Below are positions 39,513 to 49,475 of a stretch of DNA of 58,105 bases, in pieces (positions within the stretch are counted from its first letter, which is position 1; each line of letters begins with the position of its first letter). The stretch covers positions 1 through 58,105 of the forward strand of contig CBIGSA010000001.1 of assembly GCA_966192215.1 (NCBI GenBank). The letters are read 5' to 3'. Source of the DNA: an uncultured Devosia sp. GTDB lineage: Bacteria > Pseudomonadota > Alphaproteobacteria > Rhizobiales > Devosiaceae. A program made the position numbers and the translations under genes. Below the pieces are notes generated by a model. The model made no database searches. It was not told the origin of the DNA and was given only the letters and a program-made list of their open reading frames with translations.

Positions 39513-40032
39513 CCGCGTCTATAATGTGCTGTTCCTGTGTACCGGCAATTCGGCCCGATCCATTCTGGGGGAAGCGCTGCTGAACCATGTCGGCGGCGGC
39601 CGCTTTCGCGCCTATTCGGCGGGCAGTACGCCCAAGGACCAGGTTCACCCCATGACGCTGGAGGTGCTGCGCGCCGCCGGGATCGGTACGGAAGGGCTGC
39701 GGAGCAAGCCCTGGGACGAATTCGCCCGGCCCGGCGCGCCGCAAATCGACTTCGTCTTCACCGTCTGCGACAATGCCGCGGGCGAAGCCTGCCCGATCTG
39801 GCCGGGCCAGCCGATGACGGCGCATTGGGGCATCGAGGACCCCGCCGCGATGGCCGGCACCGAATTCCAGCGGCGCGCGGCCTTCGAGGATGCCCTGCGC
39901 TACCTGCGCAACCGCATCGCAGCTTTTGCCAGCCTGCCGCTCGACAGCATCGACCGCATGGCGCTGAGCTCCAAGCTGGCCGGGATCGGCGCCATGGAAG
40001 GGTCGACCGCCAAATCGTCGGGCGCCGCGTGA
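39502..40032 (+). CDS. arsC: Arsenate reductase, LMW-PTP fold
   Basis: FLCTGNSARS, TVCDNAAGEACP, HWGIEDP. Confidence 0.92.
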   Translation: MPADRVYNVLFLCTGNSARSILGEALLNHVGGGRFRAYSAGSTPKDQVHPMTLEVLRAAGIGTEGLRSKPWDEFARPGAPQIDFVFTVCDNAAGEACPIWPGQPMTAHWGIEDPAAMAGTEFQRRAAFEDALRYLRNRIAAFASLPLDSIDRMALSSKLAGIGAMEGSTAKSSGAA

Positions 40033-40700
40033 CGGGCCTGTCGCGAAGGCTGGCGAGTGAGGCGCTGGGCACGGGACTGCTGCTGGCGACGGTGGTGGGG
40101 TCGGGCATCATGGCGGCGCGGCTGACCGGAGATGTCGCCCTGGCGCTGCTGGGCAACACGATCGCCACCGGGGCGATATTGTTCGTGCTGATCACCATAC
40201 TGGGCCCGGTTTCGGGCGGGCATTTCAACCCGGCGGTGAGCCTGGTCGCGGCGCTGCGGCGCGAGCTGTCGTGGCGCGATGCGGCGCTGTATGGCGGGGC
40301 TCAGGTGGCCGGCGGCGTGGTGGGCATGCTGCTGGCCCATGCCATGTTCGACCTGCCGCTATGGCAATGGGGCATGCAGGTGCGGAGCGGCGGCGGGCAA
40401 TGGCTGTCGGAAGGGGTGGCCACGTTCGGGCTGGTGCTGGTCATCCTCGCCGGCATGCAGCTGCGGCGGGAGGCCGTGCCGGCGCTGGTGGGATGCTACA
40501 TCACCGCGGCCTACTGGTTCACCGCCTCGACCTCGTTCGCCAATCCGGCCGTGACGCTGGCGCGGGCGCTGACCGACAGTTTTTCCGGCATCAGGCCGGT
40601 GGATGCGCCCGGCTTCATATTGGCCCAGATCGCCGGGGCGCTGCTGGCGCTGGGGCTGGCGGGCTGGCTGTTGCGGCCCATGGAGGAAGAGGCACGATGA
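40029..40700 (+). CDS. aqpS: Aquaglyceroporin/MIP channel of ars operon (AqpS-like)
   Basis: GHFNPAV and SFANPAV NPA motifs; between two arsC genes. Confidence 0.85.
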   Translation: MTGLSRRLASEALGTGLLLATVVGSGIMAARLTGDVALALLGNTIATGAILFVLITILGPVSGGHFNPAVSLVAALRRELSWRDAALYGGAQVAGGVVGMLLAHAMFDLPLWQWGMQVRSGGGQWLSEGVATFGLVLVILAGMQLRREAVPALVGCYITAAYWFTASTSFANPAVTLARALTDSFSGIRPVDAPGFILAQIAGALLALGLAGWLLRPMEEEAR

Positions 40701-41110
40701 GCGTCACCATCTATCACAATCCCGATTGCGGCACGTCGCGCAATACGCTGGCCATGATCCGCCAATCGGGCGTGGAGCCGACGGTGATCGAATATCTCAA
40801 GACGCCGCCCACCGGGGAGCGGATAATGGAACTGGTGGCGGCGGCGGGGCTGAGTCTGCGGCAGGCGCTGCGGCAGAAGGATACGCCCTATGCCGCGCTG
40901 GGGCTCGATAATCCCGATCTTGATGACAATGCGCTGCTCGATGCGATCGCTGACCATCCCATCCTGCTCAATCGGCCCTTCGTGGTGACGCCGCGCGGCG
41001 TGCGGCTATGCCGGCCCAGCGAGGTGGTTCTGGAGATCCTGGAGAATCCCGATATCGGGCCCTTTACCAAGGAAGATGGCGAAGTGGTTATCCCAAAGCG
41101 GGCGGATTGA
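40697..41110 (+). CDS. arsC: Arsenate reductase, glutaredoxin-dependent
   Basis: IYHNPDCGTSR, PILLNRP, LCRPSE. Confidence 0.93.
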   Translation: MSVTIYHNPDCGTSRNTLAMIRQSGVEPTVIEYLKTPPTGERIMELVAAAGLSLRQALRQKDTPYAALGLDNPDLDDNALLDAIADHPILLNRPFVVTPRGVRLCRPSEVVLEILENPDIGPFTKEDGEVVIPKRAD

Positions 41111-41246
41111 CCGGATATTGTTGCGTCATTTGCCTGTTTCGTCGAATGTTTCTGCGGTGGCGCGGCAAGCGGCTGCCACAATTGCATGAAACCGGCTGAG
41201 GCCGCATGCTAGCATCGGGCTGCCGATGGGGGCATGAGAGGCCGAA

Positions 41247-42503
41247 ATGGACGACGTCATCATTCTGGGAGCGGGCATTGTCGGGGTGGCGACGGGCATC
41301 CACCTGCTGCGGCGCGGACGCAGCGTTACGTTGATCGACAAGAACCAGCCGGGGCGCGAGACCAGTTTCGGCAATGCCGGCATCATCCAGCGCGAAGGCG
41401 TGCGGCCGCATGCCTTTCCCCGCGACCTGCATACGCTGATGCAGGTGGGCCTGCATCTGTCCACCGCCGCCCGCTATGAGCCGCTGGCGCTGCCGCGGCT
41501 GGCGCCGGCTCTGCTGCGCTATTGGTGGGAATCCTCGCCCGAGCACTACCGCAAGGTGGTGCAGAGCTATGCCCCGCTCATCGCCCGCTCGATCGTGACC
41601 CATGCCGAGCTGATGGCGCAGGCGGGGCCGGAGGCCGAGGCGCTGGTAAGCAAGAGCGGGTGGCTGCTGGCCTTCCGCAGCGACAGGGGCCTGCGACGGG
41701 AAGCGGAAAAGGCGCGGCAGGACCATGACCAGTTCGGCATTTCCCACCGCGTGGTGGAATGGCCCGAACTCAAGCAGATGGAGCCCGACCTCAAGGGCGG
41801 GCTGGCCGGCGCCATCCACTGGACCGACCCCTGGACGGTACGCGACCCGGGTGCGCTGGTGACGCAATATTTCGAGCTGTTCCAGCGGCTGGGCGGGACT
41901 TTCGTATCCGGCGCTGCCAGCGGGCTGGTGCGGGACAGGGATGGCTGGTCAGCCGATGTGGGCGGGGCCAGGCATGCCGGCCAGCAGGCGGTGATCGCGC
42001 TGGGGCCATGGGCACCCGACATACTCGACCGGCTGGGCTATCGCCTGCCGCTCTTCGTCAAGCGCGGCTATCACATGCATTACGGCGCCGAGGGCGGCGC
42101 CAGGCTCAACCAGCTCGTGCTCGATGCCGAAGTGGGCTATGTGCTGGCGCCGATGGCACGGGGCATCAGGCTCACCACGGGCGCGGAATTCGCCATGCGC
42201 GACGCAGCACCGACGCCGATCCAGCTCGGCAAGGCCGAACAGGCGGCAAAGGAATTGTTCCCGCTGGGCGAGCGGCTCGATCCGCAGCCCTGGAAGGGTG
42301 CCCGCCCCTGCACGCCCGACATGATGCCCATTATCGGCAAGGCGCCTCGGCATGAGGGGCTCTATGTGGGGATCGGCCATGCCCATCACGGCTTCACCCT
42401 GGGCCCGGCGACCGGCGAATTGCTGGCACAGGCCATGACCGGGGAAGCCACCGCCATCGACATCAAGCCATTCGGCATGGAGCGGTTCGTCGGGCATCGC
42501 TGA
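41247..42503 (+). CDS. FAD-dependent oxidoreductase, D-amino acid dehydrogenase (DadA) family
   Basis: GAGIVG, ETSFGNAG, KRGYH, RPCTPD, GHAHHGFTLGP. Confidence 0.9.
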   Translation: MDDVIILGAGIVGVATGIHLLRRGRSVTLIDKNQPGRETSFGNAGIIQREGVRPHAFPRDLHTLMQVGLHLSTAARYEPLALPRLAPALLRYWWESSPEHYRKVVQSYAPLIARSIVTHAELMAQAGPEAEALVSKSGWLLAFRSDRGLRREAEKARQDHDQFGISHRVVEWPELKQMEPDLKGGLAGAIHWTDPWTVRDPGALVTQYFELFQRLGGTFVSGAASGLVRDRDGWSADVGGARHAGQQAVIALGPWAPDILDRLGYRLPLFVKRGYHMHYGAEGGARLNQLVLDAEVGYVLAPMARGIRLTTGAEFAMRDAAPTPIQLGKAEQAAKELFPLGERLDPQPWKGARPCTPDMMPIIGKAPRHEGLYVGIGHAHHGFTLGPATGELLAQAMTGEATAIDIKPFGMERFVGHR

Positions 42504-42649
42504 AGGAGGCTCCTACGCCTCCAGCGGATAGCGTCGACTCCTGCTGCCCTCCCGCCAGGGAAGGTGAGCTTCACCCTGACCAGCCTGGGTTGACATACCG
42601 TCTTGCGCGCCGTATTTAACACATCACGTAATTAGCAAGGTATGCAATT

Positions 42650-42991
42650 ATGGCCGACATGCTCAGCACCACGTTCGCCGCCCTGGCCGATCCGACGCGC
42701 CGCGCCATCCTGGCGCGGCTGACGCATGGACCGGCGACGATCAATGAGCTGGCCGAGCCGTTCGCGATGACACTGCCCTCGGTATCGCGGCATGTGAAAG
42801 TGCTGGAAGAAGCCGGGCTGGTCAGCAAGGCGCGCGAGGCGCAGTTCCGCTCATGCCGGCTGGAAACATTGCCGCTGGAGGCGGCGGATAGCTGGCTGGC
42901 CGAATACCGGCAGTTCTTCAACGAACGGTTCGACCGGCTGGAGGTCCAGCTCAAGACGATGATGCAGGCTCGCAAGGAAGGGGAGCAGTGA
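42650..42991 (+). CDS. ArsR/SmtB family regulator
   Basis: FAALADPTRRAIL, VSRHVKVLEEAGLV. Confidence 0.92.
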   Translation: MADMLSTTFAALADPTRRAILARLTHGPATINELAEPFAMTLPSVSRHVKVLEEAGLVSKAREAQFRSCRLETLPLEAADSWLAEYRQFFNERFDRLEVQLKTMMQARKEGEQ

Positions 42992-43476
42992 TGGCAACCT
43001 ACAATCTGGAGCGCGGCTTCACGCTGACACGAATGCTCGATGCCCCGCCCGATGTGGTGTGGCAGGCCTGGACTGAGCCGCAATATCTCGACTGGTTCTT
43101 CAACCCGGATACCACACCGACCAGGCCGACCTCGGTGGACCTGCGCGTGGGCGGGGCCTGGCGGCAGCATATGGTGGAGAATGCCGAGCGGGACTACATG
43201 ACCGGCGGCATCTACCGCGAAATCGTGCCGCAGCGGCGGCTGGTCTTCTATTGGGGCGCCAGTGGCGGCTGGCCGGACACCGACCAGCCCGACGGGCCGG
43301 AAGTGACGGTGGAACTGACACCAGTGGGCGCGCGCACGCGGATGGTCGTGTCGCTGCGGCTGCCCGACCAGTTGAGCGACGCGGCCGCACAGGCCTGGCT
43401 GGATATGGGGGTGGAGCCGGGCATGGCGATGACCATCGACCGGCTGGTGGCACAGCTGCGGGCCAGGGCCGCCTGA
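42991..43476 (+). CDS. SRPBCC/AHSA1 domain protein
   Basis: APPDVVWQAWTEP, VDLRVGG, GIYREIVP; common ArsR-SRPBCC pair. Confidence 0.88.
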   Translation: MATYNLERGFTLTRMLDAPPDVVWQAWTEPQYLDWFFNPDTTPTRPTSVDLRVGGAWRQHMVENAERDYMTGGIYREIVPQRRLVFYWGASGGWPDTDQPDGPEVTVELTPVGARTRMVVSLRLPDQLSDAAAQAWLDMGVEPGMAMTIDRLVAQLRARAA

Positions 43477-43521
43477 TTGAGGGCAATCCCGGCCGGGGCC
43501 GGGATTGCGTATCGATGGCGG

Positions 43522-43951
43522 CTAGCTTACCGCCGGTTCAATGAAGAGCGTCAGCGTGCCACCCTGGATGGTGGCGCCGATGACGTGATCGAGCGGGATG
43601 CTGGCATCGTCCAGGGCGCCCGAAATGGCCGGATTGACCGCGATGGCGGAGCGGATCGTGCTGATCTCGGTATCGACCAGGCTGCGCTCGCAGCCATCAA
43701 TGCGCACCAGTTCGAGACTATCGGCGCCCGCAATCGCACCCGGCGTGGCATAGAGGCCATTGGCCAGAGCCAGCACGCCGATATTGCAGTCGAGCGTGGC
43801 TATGCCGAAGCCAGCGCCGACCGGGGTGGCCAGTTCGCCACCAATGGCGCCGTCACTATCGTCCGTGGCGCTGTCGTTGTCGTCGTCGCTACCCGAAGGC
43901 GAGAAGCGCGGCTGCCAGCGCAGCCGCCGAAATGTAGCTGTTGGTTCGCAT
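43522..43951 (-). pseudogene. Probably disrupted secreted hypothetical protein
   Basis: AAGGAG RBS + ATG at 43951 gives signal peptide MRTNSYISAAALAAALLAFG, then TAG at 43889-43891. A protein-like acidic C-terminal body continues in another frame to 43522. Confidence 0.55.
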
Positions 43952-44087
43952 TGGTGCACTCCTTCATCAGTGAAGGGCCAACGCGAATGTCAAAAAGCGA
44001 GATGCATCACAATCGGACGGGGTTAATGCCGGCTTGCCGGATTCGGCGCAATGGGCCGGGAGCGGCACAGGGCCGCCCCGCCATGGC

Positions 44088-45125
44088 CTAGCGCAGCCAC
44101 CCGCTGGGACGGGGGTGGAGCTCCATCTGGCCGTCCTTCGTCGCCTCGTCGATGGCGGCGATTTCCGCGGCGCTGAGGCTGAGATTGTTCAGCACGCCCA
44201 GATTGTCCTTGAGCTGGTCGAGACTGCGCACGCCGATCAAGGCCGAGGTCATTTCCGGGCGGCGCAGGACCCAGGAGAGCGCAAGCTGCACCATGGACTG
44301 GCCGCGGGAGCGGGCAATGTCGCCCAGCCGGTCGACCGCTGCGAGAACACGCGGTTCGATATGGCTGGCGCGGAGCGAGCCATTGGGATTTTCGCCGCGG
44401 GTGCCGGTCCTGTCGCCCGAATTGTATTTGCCCGACAGCACACCCTGCGCCAGGGGCGAGAAGGCGATGATGCCGATGCCGAGCTCGCCGCAGGCATCGA
44501 TCGTGTGATCGTTCTCGATCCAGCGATTGATCATGGAATAGCTGGGCTGATGGATCGTGGTCGCCACGCCCATTTCCTTGAGAATGCGATGAGCCTCGCG
44601 GGTTTCCTTTTCCGGATAGGAGGAAATGCCGACATAGAGCGCCTTGCCCGAGCGAACGGCATGGGCCAGGGCGCCCATGGTTTCCTCCAGCGGGGTCTCG
44701 GGATCGAAGCGGTGGGAATAGAAGATATCGACATAGTCGAGCCCCATGCGCTTGAGCGACTGATCGAGGCTGGCGAGCACATATTTGCGGGAGCCGAATT
44801 CGCCATAGGGGCCGGGCCACATATTGTAGCCGGCCTTGGTGGAGACGATCAGCTCGTCGCGATAGGGGCGGAAATCGCGGGCCATGACCTGGCCGAACAG
44901 TTCCTCGGACGAGCCGGCCGGCGGGCCGTAATTATTGGCGAGGTCGAAATGGGTAATGCCCTGGTCGAAGGCATAGCCCAGGATTTCCATGGCCGAGGGA
45001 TAGTCGCGCGTGCCGCCGAAATTCTGCCAGAGGCCGAGGCTGACGACCGGGAGCTTGAGGCCGGACCGGCCCGAGCGCCGGTATTGCATCGTGTCATAGC
45101 GCGCCGTATCGGCCCGATAGGTCAT
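44088..45125 (-). CDS. Aldo/keto reductase (YghZ/L-glyceraldehyde-3-phosphate reductase-like)
   Basis: SLGLWQNFG, HFDLANNYGPP, STKAGY, DIFYSHRFD, FSPLAQG. Confidence 0.92.
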   Translation of the reverse strand: MTYRADTARYDTMQYRRSGRSGLKLPVVSLGLWQNFGGTRDYPSAMEILGYAFDQGITHFDLANNYGPPAGSSEELFGQVMARDFRPYRDELIVSTKAGYNMWPGPYGEFGSRKYVLASLDQSLKRMGLDYVDIFYSHRFDPETPLEETMGALAHAVRSGKALYVGISSYPEKETREAHRILKEMGVATTIHQPSYSMINRWIENDHTIDACGELGIGIIAFSPLAQGVLSGKYNSGDRTGTRGENPNGSLRASHIEPRVLAAVDRLGDIARSRGQSMVQLALSWVLRRPEMTSALIGVRSLDQLKDNLGVLNNLSLSAAEIAAIDEATKDGQMELHPRPSGWLR

Positions 45126-45207
45126 GGTCGTCTCCCAACGATTTCTCGATTTGGCCCGGTGGGCGGGCAATGATATGAGCGGGCCGATGACGAAACCGAC
45201 GCGCAAT

Positions 45208-46227
45208 ATGAACGCTAATCTGCCCCAGAGCGACCAACCATACAAGGTGATGGCGATCTATAAATTCGCCGAACTGCCCGATGCCGAAGCGATCCAGCCG
45301 GAACTGGCGGCCTTCTGCTGCGGGCGCGGCATAAAGGGCACGCTGATCCTGGCGCCGGAAGGGATCAATGGCACGGTGGCCGGGACGCCGGAGGCGATCG
45401 ACGCGCTGGCGGAATGGCTGCTTGCGGGCGAGATGCTGGGCGGACGGCTCGAGGGCGCGGAAGTGAAATATTCCACCGCCAGCACCATGCCCTTCCTGCG
45501 CATGAAGGTGCGGCTGAAGCCGGAAATCGTGACGCTGCGGGCGCCGGAAGCCAATCCGGCGCGGCAGGTGGGCACCTATGTCGAGCCGGAGGACTGGAAC
45601 GGGCTTATCGCTCGCAATGACGTGGTGCTGGTCGATACGCGCAACGATTATGAAGTGGGGCTGGGCACGTTCCAGCGAGCGCTGGATCCGGCGACCAAGA
45701 GCTTCACCGAATTCAAGGCTTATGTGGCTGCTCATCTCGATCCCCAGCGGGACAAGAAGGTGGCGATGTTCTGCACTGGCGGTATCCGCTGCGAGAAGGC
45801 ATCGAGCTATCTGTTGAGCCAGGGCTTCGAGGAAGTGTTCCACCTCAAGGGCGGGATCCTCAAATATCTCGAAGTGGTGCCGCAGGAAGAAAGCCGTTTC
45901 CAGGGGGAATGTTTCGTCTTCGACGAGCGCGTCTCGGTGGGACATGGGCTGGCGGAAGGCGATGCGACCCTGTGCCGGGCCTGCCGGCATCCGCTGACCA
46001 TCCTGGACCGGGCCAGCCCCGACTATGTCGAGGGCATAAGCTGCCCGCATTGCGCCGGGGATGCCGACAAGCACGCCGCGGCGGCCGAGCGGCAGCGGCA
46101 GATGGACATTGCCCGCCAGCAGGGCGCGGCGCATCTGGGCGATGCGGTTGTCACCGTGGCGGCGGAACGCAAGGCGGCAAAACGGGCACTGGCCGAGGCG
46201 TCGCGGGCGCGGAACAAGGCGAGCTAG
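45208..46227 (+). CDS. trhO: tRNA uridine(34) hydroxylase, rhodanese-related (YceA family)
   Basis: GTLILAPEGINGT, DTRNDYE, MFCTGGIRCEKA, HLKGGILKYL, CFVFDERV; start uncertain. Confidence 0.9.
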   Translation: MNANLPQSDQPYKVMAIYKFAELPDAEAIQPELAAFCCGRGIKGTLILAPEGINGTVAGTPEAIDALAEWLLAGEMLGGRLEGAEVKYSTASTMPFLRMKVRLKPEIVTLRAPEANPARQVGTYVEPEDWNGLIARNDVVLVDTRNDYEVGLGTFQRALDPATKSFTEFKAYVAAHLDPQRDKKVAMFCTGGIRCEKASSYLLSQGFEEVFHLKGGILKYLEVVPQEESRFQGECFVFDERVSVGHGLAEGDATLCRACRHPLTILDRASPDYVEGISCPHCAGDADKHAAAAERQRQMDIARQQGAAHLGDAVVTVAAERKAAKRALAEASRARNKAS

Positions 46228-46303
46228 CCACCCTTCCCCATCACAATTGCCGATGCTAGGCTGGAATTCTCCCTGAATTTCTCCAGCGTCATCAGCAAAT
46301 CCA

Positions 46304-47233
46304 ATGGACCTCGACCAGCTTCGTACTTTTGACCGCATTGTGCGGGAGCAGAGTTTTACCCGGGCGGCGGCTTATCTGAATATCACGCAGGCCACGGCCT
46401 CGATGCGGATCAGGGCGCTGGAGACCCTGTTGGGCGTAACGCTGTTCCAGCGCGGGCGGGTGGTGACGCTGACCGACCAGGGCATGACCTTCCTGCCCTT
46501 TGCGCGGCGCATCATCGGCACGGCGCAGGAGGGGCGCGAGGCCTTGCGGCGGGTGGAGCGCGGACGGATCGCCATCGCGTCGCTGCGGAGCCTGGTCTCG
46601 CCGCTGATCACCGAGCCGCTGCTCCGCTTCCAGGAGAAATACCCCGGCGTCGACGTGGTGGTGAGCGAGGGGCGGCAGGCGCAGATCGCCGCCATGCTGC
46701 ATGAGCGCGATGTGGAAATGGGCATATTGTGCTGGCCCAATATCGACCCGCTGGTGGTTGACCTGGTGCCGCTGGTGGTGATGCGCGAGCGCGTGCCGCT
46801 GGTGGTGGCGCCCGAGATTGCCAGCCGGCTATCGTCCAAGCCCACCATCGAGGACGTGCTGGCGCTGGTGCCGCGAGTGATTTCGCTGCGCTGGTGGCAA
46901 GCCGAGCCAGAAACCGCGGCCGCCCTGGTACGGCTGGCCGAAACCAGCGTGGAACTGCCCACCGGACCGGCGCGGCGGCTGGCGATCAAGGGCCAGGGCC
47001 TGGGCTTTTTCGTCAATTCCGCCGTGGCCGACGACGTCAAGGCCGGGCGGCTGGTGGAAATCGCACCCGTCGATTTCGAGCCGCTGCATCGCGACACGGC
47101 CATGGTGGTGCGCTCGACCGCCGCCTTGGAGCGGGAAATGCTGGCCGATTTCGTGGCCGAGATCGCCCGCGAATGCGAAAGCGTCGGGGTGATCCTCGAT
47201 AACCGGCTCGAGGCGCTGCGCGGCGCAGCCTAG
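46304..47233 (+). CDS. LysR family regulator
   Basis: MDLDQLRTF...SFTRAAAYLNITQATASMRIRALE. Confidence 0.92.
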   Translation: MDLDQLRTFDRIVREQSFTRAAAYLNITQATASMRIRALETLLGVTLFQRGRVVTLTDQGMTFLPFARRIIGTAQEGREALRRVERGRIAIASLRSLVSPLITEPLLRFQEKYPGVDVVVSEGRQAQIAAMLHERDVEMGILCWPNIDPLVVDLVPLVVMRERVPLVVAPEIASRLSSKPTIEDVLALVPRVISLRWWQAEPETAAALVRLAETSVELPTGPARRLAIKGQGLGFFVNSAVADDVKAGRLVEIAPVDFEPLHRDTAMVVRSTAALEREMLADFVAEIARECESVGVILDNRLEALRGAA

Positions 47234-48210
47234 GCGTTGCCGATGAGAATCCCCGCAGCGAAAACCAGTGAGCCGCCCAGCACGACCTGCAATACGGCGC
47301 GCCAGAATGGCGTCTGCATGTAGCGGTTCTGGATGAAGGCGATGGCCCAGAGCTCGACCAGCACGACCACGGCGGCGATGGCGGTGGCCAGGGTGAAATC
47401 GGCGATGAGATAGGGCAAAGCATGGCCCAGCCCGCCAATAGCGGTCATGATGCCGGCAGCCAGGCCCCGCTTGATGGGCGAACCGCGCCCGGTGAGCTTG
47501 CCATCGTCGGAGGCTGCTTCGGTAAAGCCCATGGAAATGCCGGCGCCGATGGCGGCGGCCAGGCCCACCAGGAAGGTCTGGTGCGTATCGCCGGTGGCGA
47601 AGGCGGCCGCAAAGACCGGGGCCAGGGTAGAGACCGAGCCATCCATGAGCCCGGCCAGGCCCGGCTGCACATAGGTCAGGACGAACTGGCGGTGGGACTC
47701 TGTGGATTCGCTGTCGCGGCCCTCGGCGCCCAGCACTTTGGCATCGATGCGATCGGCTGCATCGGCATGCTTGCGCTCCTGCGCGGCCAGATCGCCGAGC
47801 AGCTTGCGGATATTGGCGTCGGTCGCCTGCTTGGCGGCTTCCATATAGAAGCGATAGGCGCCCTCCTCCATTTCCCAGACCTGTTGGCGCACGGCCTGGA
47901 GCGTCAGCGTCTTCATCAGCCAGAGCGGCTTGCGCTGCACGAAGCCGCGAACATGCTCGCGGCGGATGGGCACCAGGCGCGTGCCGAAGCGCTCGACATA
48001 GAGATCGAGCAGACGCCGGCGATGCTCGTCCTCCTCGGCGGCCATGGCTTCGAACAGGGCGGCCGAGCCGGGATAGGTGTCGGCCAGGCGGGTGGCGAAT
48101 TCGGAATAGATGCGGCCATCCTCCTCCTCGGCCGCCACGGCCAGGGACAGGATTTCACGCTCGGAAAGGCTGGAAAAGCTGCGGCGGTTATCGGGCAGGA
48201 GGGAAAGCAT
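47230..48210 (-). CDS. mbfA: Iron exporter MbfA (rubrerythrin + VIT1 domain)
   Basis: EEEDGRIY, EEDEH and ERKH ExxH motifs; QPGLAGLMDGSVSTLAP. Confidence 0.93.
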   Translation of the reverse strand: MLSLLPDNRRSFSSLSEREILSLAVAAEEEDGRIYSEFATRLADTYPGSAALFEAMAAEEDEHRRRLLDLYVERFGTRLVPIRREHVRGFVQRKPLWLMKTLTLQAVRQQVWEMEEGAYRFYMEAAKQATDANIRKLLGDLAAQERKHADAADRIDAKVLGAEGRDSESTESHRQFVLTYVQPGLAGLMDGSVSTLAPVFAAAFATGDTHQTFLVGLAAAIGAGISMGFTEAASDDGKLTGRGSPIKRGLAAGIMTAIGGLGHALPYLIADFTLATAIAAVVVLVELWAIAFIQNRYMQTPFWRAVLQVVLGGSLVFAAGILIGNA

Positions 48211-48222
48211 AGGGCGTCACAC

Positions 48223-48261
48223 TTTGGAATTGTTCTAAACAATGATTAGAACTGTTCTAAG
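48223..48261. promoter_or_regulatory. Two tandem Irr-binding ICE boxes
   Basis: TTTGGAA-ttg-TTCTAAA and ATTAGAA-ctg-TTCTAAG versus ICE consensus TTTAGAA-N3-TTCTAAA; directly upstream of mbfA. Confidence 0.85.
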
Positions 48262-48333
48262 GTGTTGGCAAGAGTGCGTGGAGGTGGAGGGTAGTTGGTG
48301 TGTCTGAGCGGGCTGCGGATGATGCAGTCGTCT

Positions 48334-48554
48334 CCCTCCCCCTTGTGGGGAGGGATCAAGGGTGGGGGTGAGTCACGCGCACTGTGTTCGCGGAACCATA
48401 CCCCCACCCCTGCTCGATTCAACGGACTTAGCTGACGCTAAGTCCTATCTCGCTTCCAGCCATTCGAGCATAGCTCTCATGGCCTTCTCACCTAAGATCG
48501 CTCCACTGGAGCGATCTTGCCTGCGGCCGGCTCGAAGCCCCACAAGGGGGAGGG
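48334..48554. repeat. MITE/REP-like element with 17-bp perfect TIRs and nested hairpins
   Basis: CCCTCCCCCTTGTGGGG ... CCCCACAAGGGGGAGGG; internal GGGTGGGGGT/ACCCCCACCC, GGACTTAGC/GCTAAGTCC, AAGATCGCTCCA/TGGAGCGATCTT. Confidence 0.75.
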
Positions 48555-48584
48555 TGGGTTCCGTGCCTGTGGCCTTGTCCTGCC

Positions 48585-49475
48585 TCACACCAGCATCGAT
48601 TGCTGGGCGAAAATCGCGGCCATGGCCCCGTGCGAACTGGCCAGTGTCACAGATGCCATGGGATTGGCCAGGTCGCCGGCGGCATAGATGCCGGGCATGG
48701 AGGTCTCGCGGCGATCATCGACCTTGAGGGCGATGCCGACCGGCGTGTCGACGGTTTCCAGCCCCAGCGCCTCATGCAGGTTGGTCGAGGGCCGGTTGCG
48801 CGGATGGGCGAAGAGCACGTCGACTTCCACCTTTGCGCCCGTGTCGAGGTTGATGGTGGAAAGGTGGCCATCGGCATTGGCGATTTCGCTGATCCTGCCA
48901 TCGACGACCGGCACGTTGCGGCGGGCGAGGTCGGCGCGGGTCTCGGGCGAGATGTCGTGGCCGTCAGCGAAGAGCGTCAGGCGATCGGTCCAGTCGTGGA
49001 ACAGGGACACGGCATGGGCCGATTGCGGACCAGACCAGACCAGGCCCCAATGCTGCCCCGCGACCTCGAAGCCGTCGCAATAGGGGCAGGGCACGATGGA
49101 CTTGCCCCAGCATTCGGCAAAACCCGGAATATCGGGCATCTGGTCGGCCACGCCATAGCTGAGCAGCAGGCGGCGCGCCTTGAGGCTTTCGCCATCGTCG
49201 GTGAGGACGGAGAAATCGTCGGCCACACCGGTAATGGCTTCGGCGCGGGCATTGACGAGCCGGACCGTGGGGTAGCGGGCAAGCTGCTGGCGGGCCTCGG
49301 CCAGGATATCGAGCGGCGGCTTGTGATCGTGGCCAAGCAGGCCATGGGAATGGCCAGCGAAGCGGTTGCGCGGCAGGCCGGTATCGAGAACGGTGACTTT
49401 GCGACGGGCGCGGCCGAGCTGCAAGGCGCCGGCCAGGCCGGCAAAGCTGCCGCCGATGATGATGACGTCATCCAT
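48585..49475 (-). CDS. NAD(P)/FAD-dependent oxidoreductase, thioredoxin reductase-like
   Basis: IIGGSFAG, CPYCDG, ETSMPGIYAAGD. Confidence 0.9.
   Translation of the reverse strand: MDDVIIIGGSFAGLAGALQLGRARRKVTVLDTGLPRNRFAGHSHGLLGHDHKPPLDILAEARQQLARYPTVRLVNARAEAITGVADDFSVLTDDGESLKARRLLLSYGVADQMPDIPGFAECWGKSIVPCPYCDGFEVAGQHWGLVWSGPQSAHAVSLFHDWTDRLTLFADGHDISPETRADLARRNVPVVDGRISEIANADGHLSTINLDTGAKVEVDVLFAHPRNRPSTNLHEALGLETVDTPVGIALKVDDRRETSMPGIYAAGDLANPMASVTLASSHGAMAAIFAQQSMLV

Noticed and set aside
42504-42649. Riboswitch or sRNA in this intergenic region (also 8190-8430 and 19660-19920)
   Set aside because: Only short hairpins and no recognisable aptamer consensus; an Rfam scan would be needed.
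48362-48727. ORF across the repeat element (also 53215-53460)
   Set aside because: Translations of palindromic repeats with no coding signature.
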